Origin: an uncultured virus (IMG/VR IMGVR_UViG_3300020414_000716)
Lineage: Duplodnaviria > Heunggongvirae > Uroviricota > Caudoviricetes
Virus record (IMG/VR): IMGVR_UViG_3300020414_000716
Reading direction: 5' to 3' (one strand)
Length of the DNA: 20,000 nt
Of the stretch, positions 1-8,433 are shown piece by piece; position 1 is the stretch's first letter, and the number at the start of each line of letters is the position of its first letter. The position numbers were made by a program, and so were the translations under genes. The notes beneath the pieces are model-generated. The model saw nothing but the letters and a program-made list of their open reading frames with translations. It made no database searches and had not been told where the DNA came from.

Positions 1-980
1 ACACTGTCCTCTTGACCGTAAATTACCTCTGCAATGTACTTAATCGGCCCTACTTCACGTTCTAGTGTAAGTATAACCTGTTCAGAATCAAACTTTTCTA
101 ACTTTAACTCATCTATTTTATCATATGTTTGGTCTATTAGTAAGTTGTATTCGTCTGTTTTTGCAATTATTTCATCTGCATCACCAGTTGACGCTTGTTG
201 TAGTCTTTTGATTTCTGCGTTTGCACCGTCTATAGTGTTTTGTGCTTGTTGTCTGTATCTATCGATATTTCCCTGTTGGACTGCAATATCTTCTCTTATC
301 TGTTGTCTTTGTTCTGATTGTTGTGTAAACAATTCATTTGCTTGTGCAACGTAGTCTATAGTTTCAGTCTCTGCACCTTGGAACACTCCACCTTCATCTG
401 TAGTAATAACTTCTACACCTTTCTCTCTTAGATTATTAACTGCAGAATCCAGTGTTGTGAGTTGTCCTCTTAAACTTTCTATTTGTCCTTGTGCGTAATC
501 AATATCACCCTGAACTCTATCCCATGCACCGTCCCGAATGATTTCTTGTTGTTCTATTGAGTCTGATACGTCAATAGTAGAAACACCTAGTGTACTAATA
601 CGACCTTCATAAGTTTCTATTTTTGCTTCTTCCCGTGCAATCAGATTATCTATTCTTGTAACTACTGATTGTGCTTGTGCAGTATCACCTGTTTGTTCTG
701 AATGTGCTTTTGATAGGTATCCGAATATCCCTAGTGAAGTAATCAACATAAGGACAAAGACCATTGTTGCCATTAACCATTTTTGATAATTGAGTCTCTC
801 CCAAAAGAGATGTAGATAAGCGGCAGTTACAATTTTACCAAACTCTAATGCACCTGCCATAATTACAATACCCATGAATGCACCTGCAAATATAGTTGCA
901 AGTCCGAGTACTGAGAAATACGCAGCTATTCCTGCGATTCCAACACTGGTTACCAGTGCTAACCAATTCAAATATTTCAT
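1..980 (-). CDS. Membrane-anchored coiled-coil protein (conserved T4-like phage hypothetical), 3' end truncated by the window edge
   Basis: Not in the ORF track because it runs off the edge. Translated by hand from ATG at 980: MKYLNWLALVTSVGIAGIAAYFSVLGLATIFAGAFMGIVIMAGALEFGKIVTAAYLHLFW...LMLITSLGIFGYLSKAH (three hydrophobic segments), then a long Q/E-rich heptad region ending ...EREVGPIKYIAEVIYG. Frame is open to position 1. Confidence 0.85.
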   Translation of the reverse strand, partial: MKYLNWLALVTSVGIAGIAAYFSVLGLATIFAGAFMGIVIMAGALEFGKIVTAAYLHLFWERLNYQKWLMATMVFVLMLITSLGIFGYLSKAHSEQTGDTAQAQSVVTRIDNLIAREEAKIETYEGRISTLGVSTIDVSDSIEQQEIIRDGAWDRVQGDIDYAQGQIESLRGQLTTLDSAVNNLREKGVEVITTDEGGVFQGAETETIDYVAQANELFTQQSEQRQQIREDIAVQQGNIDRYRQQAQNTIDGANAEIKRLQQASTGDADEIIAKTDEYNLLIDQTYDKIDELKLEKFDSEQVILTLEREVGPIKYIAEVIYGQEDS

Positions 981-990
981 ATTGTAAAAA

Positions 991-1767
991 CTAAAGTTTT
1001 CGCTTTAGTACCTTGAATGCATCGTCTGGCATTCTCTTCTTCTTTTTCTTTTTCATTGTTGGTGGCATACTTATCGCACCACCAGTTGCGTTCATTGGTG
1101 CATCTTCTTTTAACTTACCAAAGTCCATAAACTCCATAAGTTCTTTTCCAAGTTTTACACCCGCTTCATAATCAGACGGATAGTGTAATCCTGCAATCAC
1201 TCTTCCGAATCCACTAATCTTTGCACCATTCATAAGTCCTGCACGGTGTTGTGGATATAATTTACTGTAGTATTCTGCAACTACAAATGGTTGTGTTGTA
1301 TGTCCACTTGGGTATGACGGTGTCTTTGCAGTATCAGTAATAAATCTACTGAAGTCTATATCAAGTTTATCTGCAACCTGATATGGTCTTGCACGATTGA
1401 AATGATTTTTATGGTGTTTAATGATTGGACTACATTGTTTTTCAATATACTCTATTGTATCTGAATCATAATCCAAATCTTCTTTATCCATATATTCTTT
1501 GATATAGTATGATGCATCTTCGTCACAATTTTCATACTGTTCTTTTTGTTCTTCTGTTGCGTTTAGATAATATTCTTTTACTTCTCTAATTTCTTTACCA
1601 ACAGCCTCTTCCCCTTTAGGATATGCACCCAACATTATGGTTTCCCAACCGTCTTTCCAAATTTCTAATCTTTCGTATTTGGGTCTTTTAAGTTCGTCTT
1701 GTGGTTTGAAAACCATATAGTCTATGTTTTCAAATAGAACGGATAAATGTTTTCTAGTATAACTCAT
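991..1767 (-). CDS. PAP2-superfamily phosphatase (acid phosphatase/vanadium haloperoxidase fold)
   Basis: All three PAP2 motifs are present: KxxxxxxRP (KNHFNRARP), PSGH (SYPSGH) and RxxxxxHxxxD (RVIAGLHYPSD). C-terminal tail LKEDAP...KKKKKKR. Confidence 0.9.
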   Translation of the reverse strand: MSYTRKHLSVLFENIDYMVFKPQDELKRPKYERLEIWKDGWETIMLGAYPKGEEAVGKEIREVKEYYLNATEEQKEQYENCDEDASYYIKEYMDKEDLDYDSDTIEYIEKQCSPIIKHHKNHFNRARPYQVADKLDIDFSRFITDTAKTPSYPSGHTTQPFVVAEYYSKLYPQHRAGLMNGAKISGFGRVIAGLHYPSDYEAGVKLGKELMEFMDFGKLKEDAPMNATGGAISMPPTMKKKKKKRMPDDAFKVLKRKL

Positions 1768-2314
1768 CGCCTGTTACCAAAACCCTATCGTTGTTTATAA
1801 ATCCTACATACGCTGTTATTCCGAATACCATACTATGTTCTGCAACTATTTTTACTTCTGATTTGGGAAGATAGGTTGTGTCATTTTGTTCTAGAAGTTG
1901 TCTTTTTAGTCTGTAGGTATGTCCGACTTGAAGAGTAGGAACCATGTTAGCTTCAGTAAGCATATCAGGTTCTAAAATATTGTTTTCTTTTATATGTCTA
2001 TAGAACTTTTCACATAACTCGTCCATTTGGTCTTCGTCTAACTTTGTCTCTTCTTTTAATAACAATAGTGCGATAGCGTAAGATGCGAATGCAGTCTTAC
2101 CAAACGGAACTTTATTTACGATTCTTTTTAGGTTGAAAACTAATCTATGAAGTAAAGTATATGATTTCTTTTCTTTACTGGATTCGATTTTTTTGTCTTT
2201 AACTCTAGACCCTTTTTTATCGATAATACCCAGTTTATATGCATCATACTTTTCCCAAGGTGTTGTTAACATCTTTAGAATACGAAAAACTATTAATGTG
2301 TCTACTACTCTCAT
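1754..2314 (-). CDS. Conserved T4-like phage hypothetical protein
   Basis: 186-aa ORF. The N-terminus (DTLIVFRILKMLTTPWEKYDAYKLGIIDKKG) resembles a common marine T4-like family. Late promoter 5 nt upstream. Confidence 0.75.
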   Translation of the reverse strand: MRVVDTLIVFRILKMLTTPWEKYDAYKLGIIDKKGSRVKDKKIESSKEKKSYTLLHRLVFNLKRIVNKVPFGKTAFASYAIALLLLKEETKLDEDQMDELCEKFYRHIKENNILEPDMLTEANMVPTLQVGHTYRLKRQLLEQNDTTYLPKSEVKIVAEHSMVFGITAYVGFINNDRVLVTGDELY

Positions 2315-2319
2315 ATATC

Positions 2320-2327
2320 TATTTATA
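2320..2327 (-). promoter_or_regulatory. T4-type late promoter (gp55 sigma), TATAAATA
   Basis: Minus strand TATAAATA-GATAT-ATG(2314); exact T4 late consensus. Confidence 0.8.
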
Positions 2328-2339
2328 CCATTTGTAAGG

Positions 2340-2415
2340 TGGAGCTCCGAGTCCGACTTGAACGGACGACCTGCTGATTACAAATCAGCTGCTCTACCAA
2401 CTGAGCTATCGGAGC
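2340..2415 (-). tRNA. trnT: tRNA-Thr(UGU) with encoded CCA
   Basis: Reverse complement folds as a cloverleaf: GCTCCGA-TA-GCTC-AGTTGGTA-GAGC-A-GCTGA-TT(TGT)AA-TCAGC-AGGTC-GTCCG-TTCAAGT-CGGAC-TCGGAGC-T-CCA (76 nt). Confidence 0.97.
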
Positions 2416-2787
2416 TTATAATTCCCTGAGTTTTTGTGCGAGTTCATCATTAACAGGTATTTCTGTATTCCATGACTCGTCAACATAACCCAAATATAAC
2501 AACATTGTTTTTATGGAAGACCAATAAGATGGTTCTTGTATTTTGAAGTCCAACATTCGCATAGATGCTTCGTAACCGAATACATTGAATATTGTGATTA
2601 GGTGATTTAACATGAGGCGTTCTCTTAATTCACCTGCCTCATGATAACGGTGACATAAACGTTTAAGGTATCTGAACCTTCGTAAATCTTCTTGAAATTC
2701 TTCTAAATCTGCACACTGAGGATTATCGTAATTCTGAAGTGCGAATGCACTGAAATTTTTTACAGTGAGTTTGTCAAATAGACCCAT
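2416..2787 (-). CDS. Conserved T4-like phage hypothetical protein (DUF7207-like)
   Basis: 123 aa with YDNPQC...EEFQEDLRRFRYLKRL...ERLMLNHLITIFNVFG, a signature widespread in marine T4-like phages. Confidence 0.8.
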   Translation of the reverse strand: MGLFDKLTVKNFSAFALQNYDNPQCADLEEFQEDLRRFRYLKRLCHRYHEAGELRERLMLNHLITIFNVFGYEASMRMLDFKIQEPSYWSSIKTMLLYLGYVDESWNTEIPVNDELAQKLREL

Positions 2788-2818
2788 ACGTTTTCCATAA
2801 TATAATTAAATCTAAAAG

Positions 2819-2826
2819 TATTTAGT
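2819..2826 (-). promoter_or_regulatory. Late promoter variant ACTAAATA
   Basis: Intergenic NNTAAATA, 31 nt upstream of ATG 2787. Confidence 0.55.
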
Positions 2827-2830
2827 ACTT

Positions 2831-3220
2831 TTAGATACTTCCGTAAACTTTAAATGAACCTGTTTCTAACTTTTCTACTTTAAGTTTGAGAATAACTGCT
2901 TCTACTTTCTCATCGAACTCATCGTGAGGTGTGTCTACAGTCTTACCAAACTGGTCACCATATCTTTTCATAGCGACTTCATAATCACCAGTTTCAGTAA
3001 TCTCAGGGTGTGTTTCAAGTGCGAAACCAAGTTGTCCTAGTTTTGCATCAATCTGACCGACAGCTGCACTAGGATTTAGATATTCACTTATTGCAGTGTG
3101 ACCAAGGATGGCATTAATCCTTGATTTTACTTCAGGGTCATTTATGTCATGAGGAACGTGTTGACTTTCTAACCCACCTACTTGTTTACTTTCTGCTACG
3201 AATTCTGCGAATTTTTTCAT
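2831..3220 (-). CDS. Hypothetical protein with a capsid-targeting-sequence-like N-terminus (putative internal head protein)
   Basis: Begins MKKFAEFVAE, similar to the T4 internal-protein CTS MKTYQEFIAE. Confidence 0.7.
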   Translation of the reverse strand: MKKFAEFVAESKQVGGLESQHVPHDINDPEVKSRINAILGHTAISEYLNPSAAVGQIDAKLGQLGFALETHPEITETGDYEVAMKRYGDQFGKTVDTPHDEFDEKVEAVILKLKVEKLETGSFKVYGSI

Positions 3221-3224
3221 ATTA

Positions 3225-3488
3225 TTATCCTATTATTCCAACACCAACTCCAAGTACTTCTGCGTGAGCAGCGAATACTTCGTCTGTTGGGTCTTTAGAA
3301 ATTATTTCTGTTGCACCAGCACCTAGTGTAAATGTTCCGATTAATGATGCACCTGATGTTTCTACAGATACTAATCGTGCAGTTGACCCACTATTGTGAA
3401 CTCTTACTGCAGTTGAACTACTGAAGTTTGAACCATTAGTCGAACTTGTTCCACAAGCCGCTTCTGAACCTAGTACTAATAATTTCAT
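3225..3488 (-). CDS. Small beta-rich putative virion protein
   Basis: 87-aa S/T/G/A-rich ORF with AGGTAGG RBS, co-oriented in the late cluster. Confidence 0.65.
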   Translation of the reverse strand: MKLLVLGSEAACGTSSTNGSNFSSSTAVRVHNSGSTARLVSVETSGASLIGTFTLGAGATEIISKDPTDEVFAAHAEVLGVGVGIIG

Positions 3489-3499
3489 GTTAACCTACC

Positions 3500-4072
3500 T
3501 TATGCAGTTACTGTAATTGTTCCAGCAGCTGTACCGATAGAACTTGCACTAGTAATTGTTGCGTTACCACCACCTGCAGTGTCAACTATTGTAGAACCAC
3601 CTGCGTGTGCTAATGGATTTGCACCGAAACTTAATACATCATCTGCGTTAGTAGCAGCGTTTGCAGCTCCTATTGCAAGACTGAATGTAAGTTCGTTAGT
3701 TGTAGAACCACTTGCGTATGCGAGAACGTGTGGGCCTCTTCCTGAACCTGAACCTTGGTTTCCGTTAGTTACTGATAATGTAGGTGTTCCACTTACAGTT
3801 ACATTCTCGTTAAATCTTACGATAGCGGATAATGTTCCACCTTCTGATTTATCAAATGCAGTAGTTACCCATTCAATATCTGTAATATCTGCTTGTCCAA
3901 TACCAGTTGCAAGGTTAGCACCTGTCGCAACAAGAATCTCTTCTAAGTTTCTTGAACCAACTGCTTTCTTTAGAACCCAACCTTCTGGCTTAGCGATACA
4001 ATTTTTCTTGTCAGCGTCTGAAAGATACTTAGGTTTACTTTCGTCAGCGTCTGATACTCCCCATAATGCCAT
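3500..4072 (-). CDS. Putative virion protein with a C-terminal Ig-like/adhesin-type beta domain
   Basis: N-terminus MALWG..D..ESKPK is typical of T4-like structural hypotheticals. VRFNENVTVSGTPTLSV...YASGSTTNELTF resembles Ig-like adhesin repeats. GAGAGGA RBS. Confidence 0.65.
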   Translation of the reverse strand: MALWGVSDADESKPKYLSDADKKNCIAKPEGWVLKKAVGSRNLEEILVATGANLATGIGQADITDIEWVTTAFDKSEGGTLSAIVRFNENVTVSGTPTLSVTNGNQGSGSGRGPHVLAYASGSTTNELTFSLAIGAANAATNADDVLSFGANPLAHAGGSTIVDTAGGGNATITSASSIGTAAGTITVTA

Positions 4073-4090
4073 TTTTTATTTCCTCTCTTT

Positions 4091-4636
4091 TTATCTATTG
4101 GCAAATTTTAATATGCCATTGAAATTAGTCTTAAAAGACTTAATGTCTTTCTGTAATAATATAAGGTATTTAGACCGTTCAGGTGTTTTAAGTCTCATTA
4201 AAACGTCATGAACTTTCTCTGCATCCTTCCATTTGACCTTCATGGTCTTCATGTCATCTGTTCTAATGTTTTGGTCACGTCTAGTGTCAATCAACTTTTT
4301 AAGTTGCATTAAAACATTTGCATCAGGACGTAGTTGCATTCCTTGTGCTTTTGAATCCATCGCCCAAATTGCTCTTTGAATGACTTCATCTTCACCAGCT
4401 TCTGCATACTTACCTTTTGCCATGGTGGATATTTTATCCAACATAGTTCTCAATTCTTTTTCGTTTTTTGCTTTCGCAACGGCACGTGCCACCTTTTGGT
4501 TACCACCATCGGACATCATTCCGAAGTCTGCAACCTTTTCTAGGACTTTGGAGACCTTCTTCGCCTCACCTTTCATATATCCTAGTTTTTTAATCTTTTC
4601 TTTAAAGATTCTATATCTTGCGTCTATCTTGTCCAT
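4091..4636 (-). CDS. Basic hypothetical protein
   Basis: 181-aa K-rich helical ORF. Its start overlaps the upstream stop (TAATG). Confidence 0.7.
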   Translation of the reverse strand: MDKIDARYRIFKEKIKKLGYMKGEAKKVSKVLEKVADFGMMSDGGNQKVARAVAKAKNEKELRTMLDKISTMAKGKYAEAGEDEVIQRAIWAMDSKAQGMQLRPDANVLMQLKKLIDTRRDQNIRTDDMKTMKVKWKDAEKVHDVLMRLKTPERSKYLILLQKDIKSFKTNFNGILKFANR

Positions 4637-4947
4637 TATGTTGCATTGTACATATCTTGACCATTTGAATACTTCATCATTTCTTTTTTCAAATTGTCAT
4701 ATATTTCGTTTCTCATGTTCATAAGGTCTTTAGTCATAGAACCGTATTCCATGTGCAACTTACTAATTAATTCTAGTTTTTTTCCTGCCTTCCTATCACC
4801 TACTGCTTTTGCAATATGCATAAGTGATAATGTGTGTTCGTTTCTATCAGTAAGTTTTGCAACTATATCAATATCTTTCTGTTTGAACTCTTTCTTTTCT
4901 TCAAGAGATTCTTCCCACATTGCACGAATAGTATCAAACTCATTCAT
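4636..4947 (-). CDS. Hypothetical protein (acidic leader ending SLEE, then a helical domain)
   Basis: 103-aa ORF with AAGGA RBS, tightly packed in the operon. Confidence 0.7.
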   Translation of the reverse strand: MNEFDTIRAMWEESLEEKKEFKQKDIDIVAKLTDRNEHTLSLMHIAKAVGDRKAGKKLELISKLHMEYGSMTKDLMNMRNEIYDNLKKEMMKYSNGQDMYNAT

Positions 4948-4950
4948 GAT

Positions 4951-5292
4951 TTATTCCTTAGACTCTACTACTTTTGTGTCTTCTTCAGGGTCTTCAGGAA
5001 CAGGTGTAGGTGTAGGAGCTTCTTCTTCCTCATCTACATTCTCTTTTTGCATCTTTTTCTTCTTATCATAAGACGCCATATACACACCTTCATCTTTAGC
5101 TTTGTAGTTTTTGTCAATGTAATTAAAGAATTCTTTTTTCTTTTCACCACTTAACTCATCAGGTGAAGTAACACCGAATTTTTTAAGAGTTGCATCAAAG
5201 AACTTTTTGTACTCTGCTGAACCTTCGATAACTTTTTTAGACGCTTCTAATAGGTCGTCTGATAAACCTAACTGGTATCCTGTAAAACTCAT
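4951..5292 (-). CDS. Hypothetical acidic protein (possible head core/internal protein)
   Basis: 113 aa with a YKKFFDATLKKFGVTSPDELSGEKKKEFFNYIDKNYK module and an E/P-rich tail. AGGAG RBS; ATGA coupling to the upstream gene. Confidence 0.7.
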   Translation of the reverse strand: MSFTGYQLGLSDDLLEASKKVIEGSAEYKKFFDATLKKFGVTSPDELSGEKKKEFFNYIDKNYKAKDEGVYMASYDKKKKMQKENVDEEEEAPTPTPVPEDPEEDTKVVESKE

Positions 5293-5600
5293 TGTTGTAA
5301 CTCTCCTGTTTCGAAATAATCGAATAATTTTTGTTTATTATCTTCTGATAAATCCATTGATTTTGCGAGTCTACCTAACATATTTTTCTCTGTTAGTTTT
5401 TCTATAGAGTGTCCGTCTTCCTCGACAACCTCTTCTTCAACTACTTCTTCTGCAGGTTCTTCAAATCCACTAAGAAGTTCATCAATCTCTTCATTGATTA
5501 CATCGTCTTCAGTTTTTTCAACTACAGGTTCTTTTGCCTCTTTAAGACCTTCTCGAACCCTTAGTAGGGCCTCTTGCCAGTTTTCTGTTTTTTGACTCAT
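5289..5600 (-). CDS. Highly acidic hypothetical protein (possible core/scaffold-like)
   Basis: 103 aa, very E-rich; late promoter 5 nt upstream. Confidence 0.7.
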   Translation of the reverse strand: MSQKTENWQEALLRVREGLKEAKEPVVEKTEDDVINEEIDELLSGFEEPAEEVVEEEVVEEDGHSIEKLTEKNMLGRLAKSMDLSEDNKQKLFDYFETGELQQ

Positions 5601-5605
5601 ATCTT

Positions 5606-5613
5606 TATTTATG
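5606..5613 (-). promoter_or_regulatory. Late promoter CATAAATA overlapping the upstream stop codon
   Basis: CATAAATA-AAGAT-ATG(5600); its TAA is the stop of ORF 5609..5860. Confidence 0.7.
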
Positions 5614-5860
5614 TTAATTGGATTCTAACCACCAACTCTGATTCACCTTTTTCTAGGTTTCCCTTCATTAGATAACCATATCCTTGTTTTAATTCAATTG
5701 GCATATAACCTAATTCTCTCATATGCCACCCATTACCACTTAAAATGTGCATGGTACTCTTCATACCCTTCACAATTTCTAAAGGAACTGAATCTGTAAA
5801 TGTCCTAACTAGATATTTAATCCCAGTTCCATGCTGTTCGTAAACAACATCTTTAGTCAT
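5609..5860 (-). CDS. Small cupin-like beta protein (degenerate)
   Basis: RTF...HILSGNGW....PIELKQG...KGESELVVRI pattern resembles small phage cupins. Confidence 0.55.
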   Translation of the reverse strand: MTKDVVYEQHGTGIKYLVRTFTDSVPLEIVKGMKSTMHILSGNGWHMRELGYMPIELKQGYGYLMKGNLEKGESELVVRIQLT

Positions 5861-5873
5861 TTGACCTTTCCTA

Positions 5874-5881
5874 TATTTATT
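5874..5881 (-). promoter_or_regulatory. Late promoter variant AATAAATA followed by an RBS
   Basis: TAA-TAAATA-TAGGAAAGGTCAA-ATG(5860). Confidence 0.5.
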
Positions 5882-8432
5882 AGTCGTCTTTAAACTTAAT
5901 TACAGGAGTGTTAACTCTGTATTGTTCTCCATAATTTATATAGTTCAGTGCTTTTTGAACATCTTTGTTTTTTGACATTCCTCTTTTAAGTTTTTCAATC
6001 TTTTTAATCGCATAGTTCATTGCACCACCATGGTCTAGTGCGATTTCAACTGCTTTTCTAACAGTTTTATCTCTTACAGGATTTCTTCTGAAGTAAACAG
6101 AAATCTCTTGTCCAGTAAGTTTCATACCGTCCATCTTACCTTCTGCAACTTCTTCTTTGAAAGAATCCACAAATGATTTCATATCTTTCTTATATGCATC
6201 TTTCATTTGTTTGTAATTTCTAGTGTTAACTACTGCGTGGAAATTTTTAAGAACATTTTTATTTTTTGCAGATGCAGCCCATACGTTAGGGAAGTCTCTA
6301 CGGATAATTGAATCACCCAATTTACCTTCTTCAAGTGTTACTTGAACCACATCACTTTGTTCTATTACGTCTTTAACTACTCTTGATTTGTTTCTTAATT
6401 TAGGATTATTTTTCTCATACCAGTCTCTTGGTGATTGAGTAATCTTTCCTCTTCTATCAAACTGTAAATCACCACCAGTCCAATCTGTTAATGCTTTCAT
6501 TAGAACTGTATTCAAATCAGTTCCAGGCCTAATTTTATTAAATTTCTTTGCACGGTCTAGAGACTTTTGAGAAACTTTTTCTTTTTTGTCGTAAGGGTCA
6601 ATGTCTCCGCCTGGTAATGTGTGATAATATGAATCTAACATATCTGAGAATGAATCGTCACCAAAGAATCTGTCTGAATCTATGTGGAACTTATGAACTT
6701 CTCTAGCAGTTTTTGCTTTGTGTGGTTTTGATAAGAACTTTTGAAGGTCTAACATCTTATCATATGAATCAGGTATTTGCCATGTTCCTTCTTGTAAAGA
6801 TACTTCTTCATTCAAATGATTAGCTGCATATTGAATTTGAGTTAATACTCCGTCTCTACCTGATACAGTAACATGATTTCTCATACCAAATTCGTCTATT
6901 GCTTTTAACATTGCAGTTAGACCTTTCTCAACATTAAGTTTACCTTTTTCGTTGGATATTGAAATTTCGTGAGATTGTGCAAGAACATCTCTACTGCCAA
7001 ATTCTTTCGCAGCTTTCTTCATCTCAACAAATAATTCTTTTACTTCTGACGGTGCAAGTCCACCACCTCTAATTAATCCTGCAGGTTGACCACCATTATC
7101 GAATGAAGAGTTTACCATTTCTCTCCACTTCTCTTTATCTTTTTCTGAACCTCTTGCGTGTGGAACTCTAATTGCAATAGAGTTACAATCGTCTCTAAGG
7201 TCAAATGCTCTTGTTTCAACGTCTTTGAATAAATCAGATTTTTCAATAGTTGAATGACTTGTTAGTTTACCTGAAAATGGTTTTCCACGAACTGCTCTTG
7301 CAGGTCTATATCTAACATTAATTTTCTTACCGACCATTCCATTAACACTTTCTTCTACTGATTCTCTTCTAGGTGTTCTACTTCTTTTATCAGCATAATA
7401 ATCTGCGAGGAAAGATTTTGCAACTGATAATGGAATCTTCCAATCTCTTGCGAGTTCTTTTGCAGTCGCACCTTGCTGAATGTCTATAAGTAAATCACTT
7501 AATCTACCCTCTCTGATAATTTCTTCCATTGCAGGTAGTTCACCCATTTTTGCAGCCATTCTCTTGAACCCTTTTGGATTCTGTTTCATCATAGACAATA
7601 GAACTTTTACATCAGTCATGTTTAAAAGATTTGCAACTCCAGCAATTTCTTTTTCACTTTTGACTTTAAATAATTTTTTAATCATGTCACCACTGGACAT
7701 ATTCTTTTCATCAAGTTCAACTTCTTCTCCTCTAAGGAGTTTTGTTGTTTGAAGTGTACCAATCATTGTAAGTATTGAATCTCTTGCATCAAGAACTTTC
7801 TTGTAACTTGCATTATGTTTTGTATCTTTAAGTTCTTTGTCACCCATAGTTGCAATCTTTTGATAATCTTTCAAGACCTTTTGCATATCTTTAGAGACCT
7901 TTCTCATTGCATTGATTTCTTTATCAGTGACTTCATTGATTGACTCACCTTCAGGGACGTGTGAATTCATATGTGCAAAGAACTCACCCATTATATCGTC
8001 TAGATACTCATCGATAACTTCATCTGTGTCATCAGGGTCGTCTGTGTTTATGTCTCCATTTTCCCATGCAAGATTGTATATGGCTTGATATACTTTATGT
8101 TTACCATACTCAGGACTTTGTCCTCTCTTTGCAAGCATTTCGATTTCTCTTTTATATTTCTTTGCAATTTGAGCTGGTTTCATTGCACGACCTTCTTCTA
8201 AGGTCTCTTCTTCAGGAGAATCTACTTGTTCATTGTACGGGAAACCTTTAAGGGGATTTTGGAATACCTGCGTAAATGCTTTTTTCTGTTTACTCTTTTT
8301 CTCTTGGATTACTTCCTGAATACCTGCAAGATATTTCTCAACCTCTTGTCCAGGCGTATCTTCTTGATATGCCTTTAGTGTTTCAGGTGTCCCGATTTCG
8401 TGGACTCCGTTGTCATGTTTATTTCCAGCCAT
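5880..8432 (-). CDS. 850-aa modular protein (putative head-packaged polyprotein)
   Basis: Long ORF of short unrelated modules separated by acidic linkers: ETLEEG, SINEV, EVELDEK, IIREG, SVEES, VSLQEG, VTLEEG, EVAEG. Confidence 0.75.
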   Translation of the reverse strand: MAGNKHDNGVHEIGTPETLKAYQEDTPGQEVEKYLAGIQEVIQEKKSKQKKAFTQVFQNPLKGFPYNEQVDSPEEETLEEGRAMKPAQIAKKYKREIEMLAKRGQSPEYGKHKVYQAIYNLAWENGDINTDDPDDTDEVIDEYLDDIMGEFFAHMNSHVPEGESINEVTDKEINAMRKVSKDMQKVLKDYQKIATMGDKELKDTKHNASYKKVLDARDSILTMIGTLQTTKLLRGEEVELDEKNMSSGDMIKKLFKVKSEKEIAGVANLLNMTDVKVLLSMMKQNPKGFKRMAAKMGELPAMEEIIREGRLSDLLIDIQQGATAKELARDWKIPLSVAKSFLADYYADKRSRTPRRESVEESVNGMVGKKINVRYRPARAVRGKPFSGKLTSHSTIEKSDLFKDVETRAFDLRDDCNSIAIRVPHARGSEKDKEKWREMVNSSFDNGGQPAGLIRGGGLAPSEVKELFVEMKKAAKEFGSRDVLAQSHEISISNEKGKLNVEKGLTAMLKAIDEFGMRNHVTVSGRDGVLTQIQYAANHLNEEVSLQEGTWQIPDSYDKMLDLQKFLSKPHKAKTAREVHKFHIDSDRFFGDDSFSDMLDSYYHTLPGGDIDPYDKKEKVSQKSLDRAKKFNKIRPGTDLNTVLMKALTDWTGGDLQFDRRGKITQSPRDWYEKNNPKLRNKSRVVKDVIEQSDVVQVTLEEGKLGDSIIRRDFPNVWAASAKNKNVLKNFHAVVNTRNYKQMKDAYKKDMKSFVDSFKEEVAEGKMDGMKLTGQEISVYFRRNPVRDKTVRKAVEIALDHGGAMNYAIKKIEKLKRGMSKNKDVQKALNYINYGEQYRVNTPVIKFKDD

Positions 8433-8433
8433 T

